A stretch of 64,000 nucleotides of DNA, from assembly GCA_965644265.1 (NCBI GenBank), contig OZ286473.1, forward strand, positions 85,746,001-85,810,000, written 5' to 3'. This stretch comes from Glycera tridactyla (lineage: Eukaryota). Of the stretch, positions 61,886 through 64,000 are shown one piece after another. Below the pieces are notes generated by a model that was not told the DNA's origin, ran no database searches, and was given only the letters and a program-made list of their open reading frames with translations. The translations under genes and the position numbers were made by a program. Every line of letters begins with the position of its first letter. The first letter of the stretch is position 1.

Positions 61886-63832
61886 CACAGCGTAGGCGCT
61901 GGAGACCAAAACACAGAAGCCAAAGAGCTCTGGACGGGGGTGAGGTCTTCTTCTTATGGATCAGTAGCGATCTATCACTGCCGTCATAACACTTCATGTC
62001 GTTTGCCATGCTGTAGGATAACGGGGAGGACACACGTCTTCTTCTCTTGAGCCATGACTTTGACCCGGACAAACTTCCATCAGAGGTCATACTGTCATGT
62101 GATGGAGAGTCTTTACTTGATTTATGACGTCGGCTCAACGGTGACGGAGTTACTCTCTCCGATGAAACTTCCTCCTTAGCTCCAGCTATCGCCTCCAGAC
62201 TTAAGAATCCTTCAGTCTCATTCGAGTTGGTCACTCCAGCTAAGTCCCTTGAGCTTGCTGTAAAGCTCACTGATTTTGCTTTGATCTTTCTGAACAAACT
62301 CTTCCTGCCTGGTTTACTATCATTACATCTTGCCAGATCAGAAGCCTCAGATTTTGTCCTTGATCTTGAAAATAATCCACGTTTTTTCATAATTTGTTCA
62401 GTCTTCTTAGGTGCAGAATCATCCTCCCTTGTGGAGTCAAGTTCTACAGTCCTCATGTTAGCAGCACTGGCAATTTCTTTATCTAGGTTTCTTGGTGTGG
62501 ATGTGAAAATACTAGAGGTTGGTTCTGGATTGATGGGGGAAGACGAAAGTGAATCCATGGCAGTTTCTACACCAGAGGAAGGTGACATATTTCCTGCTGC
62601 AGATGATGATGACGTTTCCGACCACTGGACAGGCACATCGGGTTCCCCAATCTCTCCCGCTGACGCAATTGCACGTCCATCAGACCTATCATGTCGGATC
62701 ACCATGGCCAAGCCACAACTGGTACATACAACCCGAGAAGAATTGCAGCTTACTGTCTGAGTCGATTGATCGCACATGGAGATGGATTCCCGCCCGCGTA
62801 CATCTGTGATTCCGGCACGCTGGAGACATTGCTCTTCATTGTTCCTCAAATCAATATCACTGCAATATCCATCATAGATATCAGCTCCTAGCAATGACAG
62901 CGTGTGTGAATTGAGAGCAAATATCTCGTCAAACGAGTAGTCAAAGGATGAAGTTGACGGCAGACTAGAGCGTTCTCTCTCTCCATTCATACTAAGCATC
63001 GGGTCAGTATGAGACCACCGCTCCCCATGTTGACCCGATACTAAACCCTGTTTCGGGGGCGGTCTTATATCCACACTTGGTCTGAGCTGACCATTTGCTG
63101 AGGGACCAAGTTCCTTATCAACATCTTCAACTGCAATTACAACCGGACCCCAACTCCTGGCCTGGAGAACCTCTTCACTATGATTGCGTCGACATTTGGC
63201 CGTAGAATACTCAGATGATCTCAATTCGAGAGAGAGATTTGAGTGGTGTTTCACAGCATTGAAAGTATGTACATCAAAATCTTCATGAATGAAGACACTG
63301 TCATCTTCAGACGATGCTAGGCTCCTGGTTCGACAGTTTGAGTTTGATGCTGACTTGCTCAATGACCTGCTTGCTGATGTCCTCCTCGTCGAGGTCCTGC
63401 CACTGATGTGTGGAGGACCAAGCTCACTCTCATACGATTCCGGGGGATGTACGACCTTCCGAGCTGATACTGGATGACTACCATATCTGGTGTTGCTGGA
63501 TTCTGGTTCATGAGGATTAATCTGCAGTTTGAACCAAGGTGACTCTACAGAGGTTGGTTCTGAAACCCCCGAGATAGATCCATCACTAGTGATCGTGAGA
63601 CTTCGACGAAATGCCTCATCTAAACTTGACTCCGAGCAATTCTCACCGACCTCCTGAGGAACACTGTTATGACTATTTAACATCCAATTAGTGTTAATGT
63701 TACGATACACAGTTTGTGGTTCTATCCACGGTTCCAGCAGCTCGTTCTCTTCTGTCTCATGCACGGGTTCCATATTCCCGATTCCTCTCTGCATCTGCGT
63801 GGGTCTCTTACCAGAACCCCTTCTGTTTCTCC
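61886..63832 (-). CDS. RIMS: Putative giant RIM exon (1947 nt, phase 1-1), Ser/Arg/Glu-rich low-complexity insert; alternatively a first exon starting at ATG 63773 (MEPVHE...)
   Basis: Lies inside the 710-codon ORF 61839-63971. Acceptor ctag|G at 63833/63832 follows T-rich intron-like sequence. Donor TGTG|GTAGGT at 61886/61885 exits in phase 1, matching the phase-1 entry of exon 51253. No recognisable domain. Confidence 0.7.
63812..63832 (-). CDS. RIMS: Putative 21-nt RIM microexon (GRNRRGS), same acceptor as the giant exon
   Basis: ctag|GG AGA AAC AGA AGG GGT TCT G|GTAAGA: near-consensus donor, symmetric phase 1-1, frame-compatible with exon 51253. Confidence 0.5.
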
Positions 63833-64000
63833 CTAGGATTTCATAGATAACAACACAAACTACATGTATCAGAAAAATAACAAGCAGTAAAAAAAGGTGC
63901 TGATGAATGAAAGAAACAAACATAATGAAAATATCACACCTGATAAAAGCTGATGAAAGAAATGATTGCAATAAGTAAATTGGTATTTCAATAGTTCGGA

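Larger units (their letters stand above)
22464..63832 (-). other. RIMS: RIM / RIMS (unc-10) family gene, partial (5' exons for Zn-finger and PDZ presumably outside window)
   Basis: Exons chain in one frame with matching phases and GT-AG ends. Translation recalls RIM1/2 motifs: RPSVTITSPGSP, C2A, SDSDMSEFDLDDG, RQLPQIP, QSERPR, RQASKDSTDGS, GLGPAQLVGRQ, C2B and a C-terminal RS-stop. Recognised from memory, not by database search. Confidence 0.97.

Noticed and set aside
61868-63477. + strand ORFs of 60-177 aa opposite the giant exon
   Set aside because: Antisense shadows of a long stop-poor coding sequence.

Overview
Eukaryotic (metazoan, AT-rich, repeat-rich) genomic scaffold with N-gaps. The repeat landscape suggests an invertebrate, possibly a lophotrochozoan, but this cannot be established from sequence alone. 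The window is dominated by the 3' two-thirds of one minus-strand gene: RIM (Rab3-interacting molecule, RIMS1/2 / unc-10 family), a presynaptic active-zone scaffold. By hand I chained 15 GT-AG exons (51253 down to the TAG at 22464; 2567 nt) in one open frame with matching splice phases. They encode the pre-C2A linker, the C2A domain, the RIM-BP-binding RQLPQIP motif and the C2B domain. The N-terminal Zn-finger and PDZ exons are not seen and presumably lie beyond 64000. A 16th upstream unit is unusual: one acceptor (63832) can pair in frame with a proximal donor (21-nt microexon) or a distal donor (1947-nt giant exon, Ser-rich, 649 codons). A second oddity is a diverged tandem copy of an exon 5' end that creates an in-frame alternative acceptor (+35 aa). 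The rest is tandem repeats (42, 43, 48, 51, 73, 75 and 103 bp units), many TA-flanked Tc1/mariner-type MITEs, SINE-like fragments and microsatellites. No gene is recognisable in 1-22 kb. There are no rRNA, intact tRNA or CRISPR features. Most ORFs in the supplied track are repeat-derived or random.
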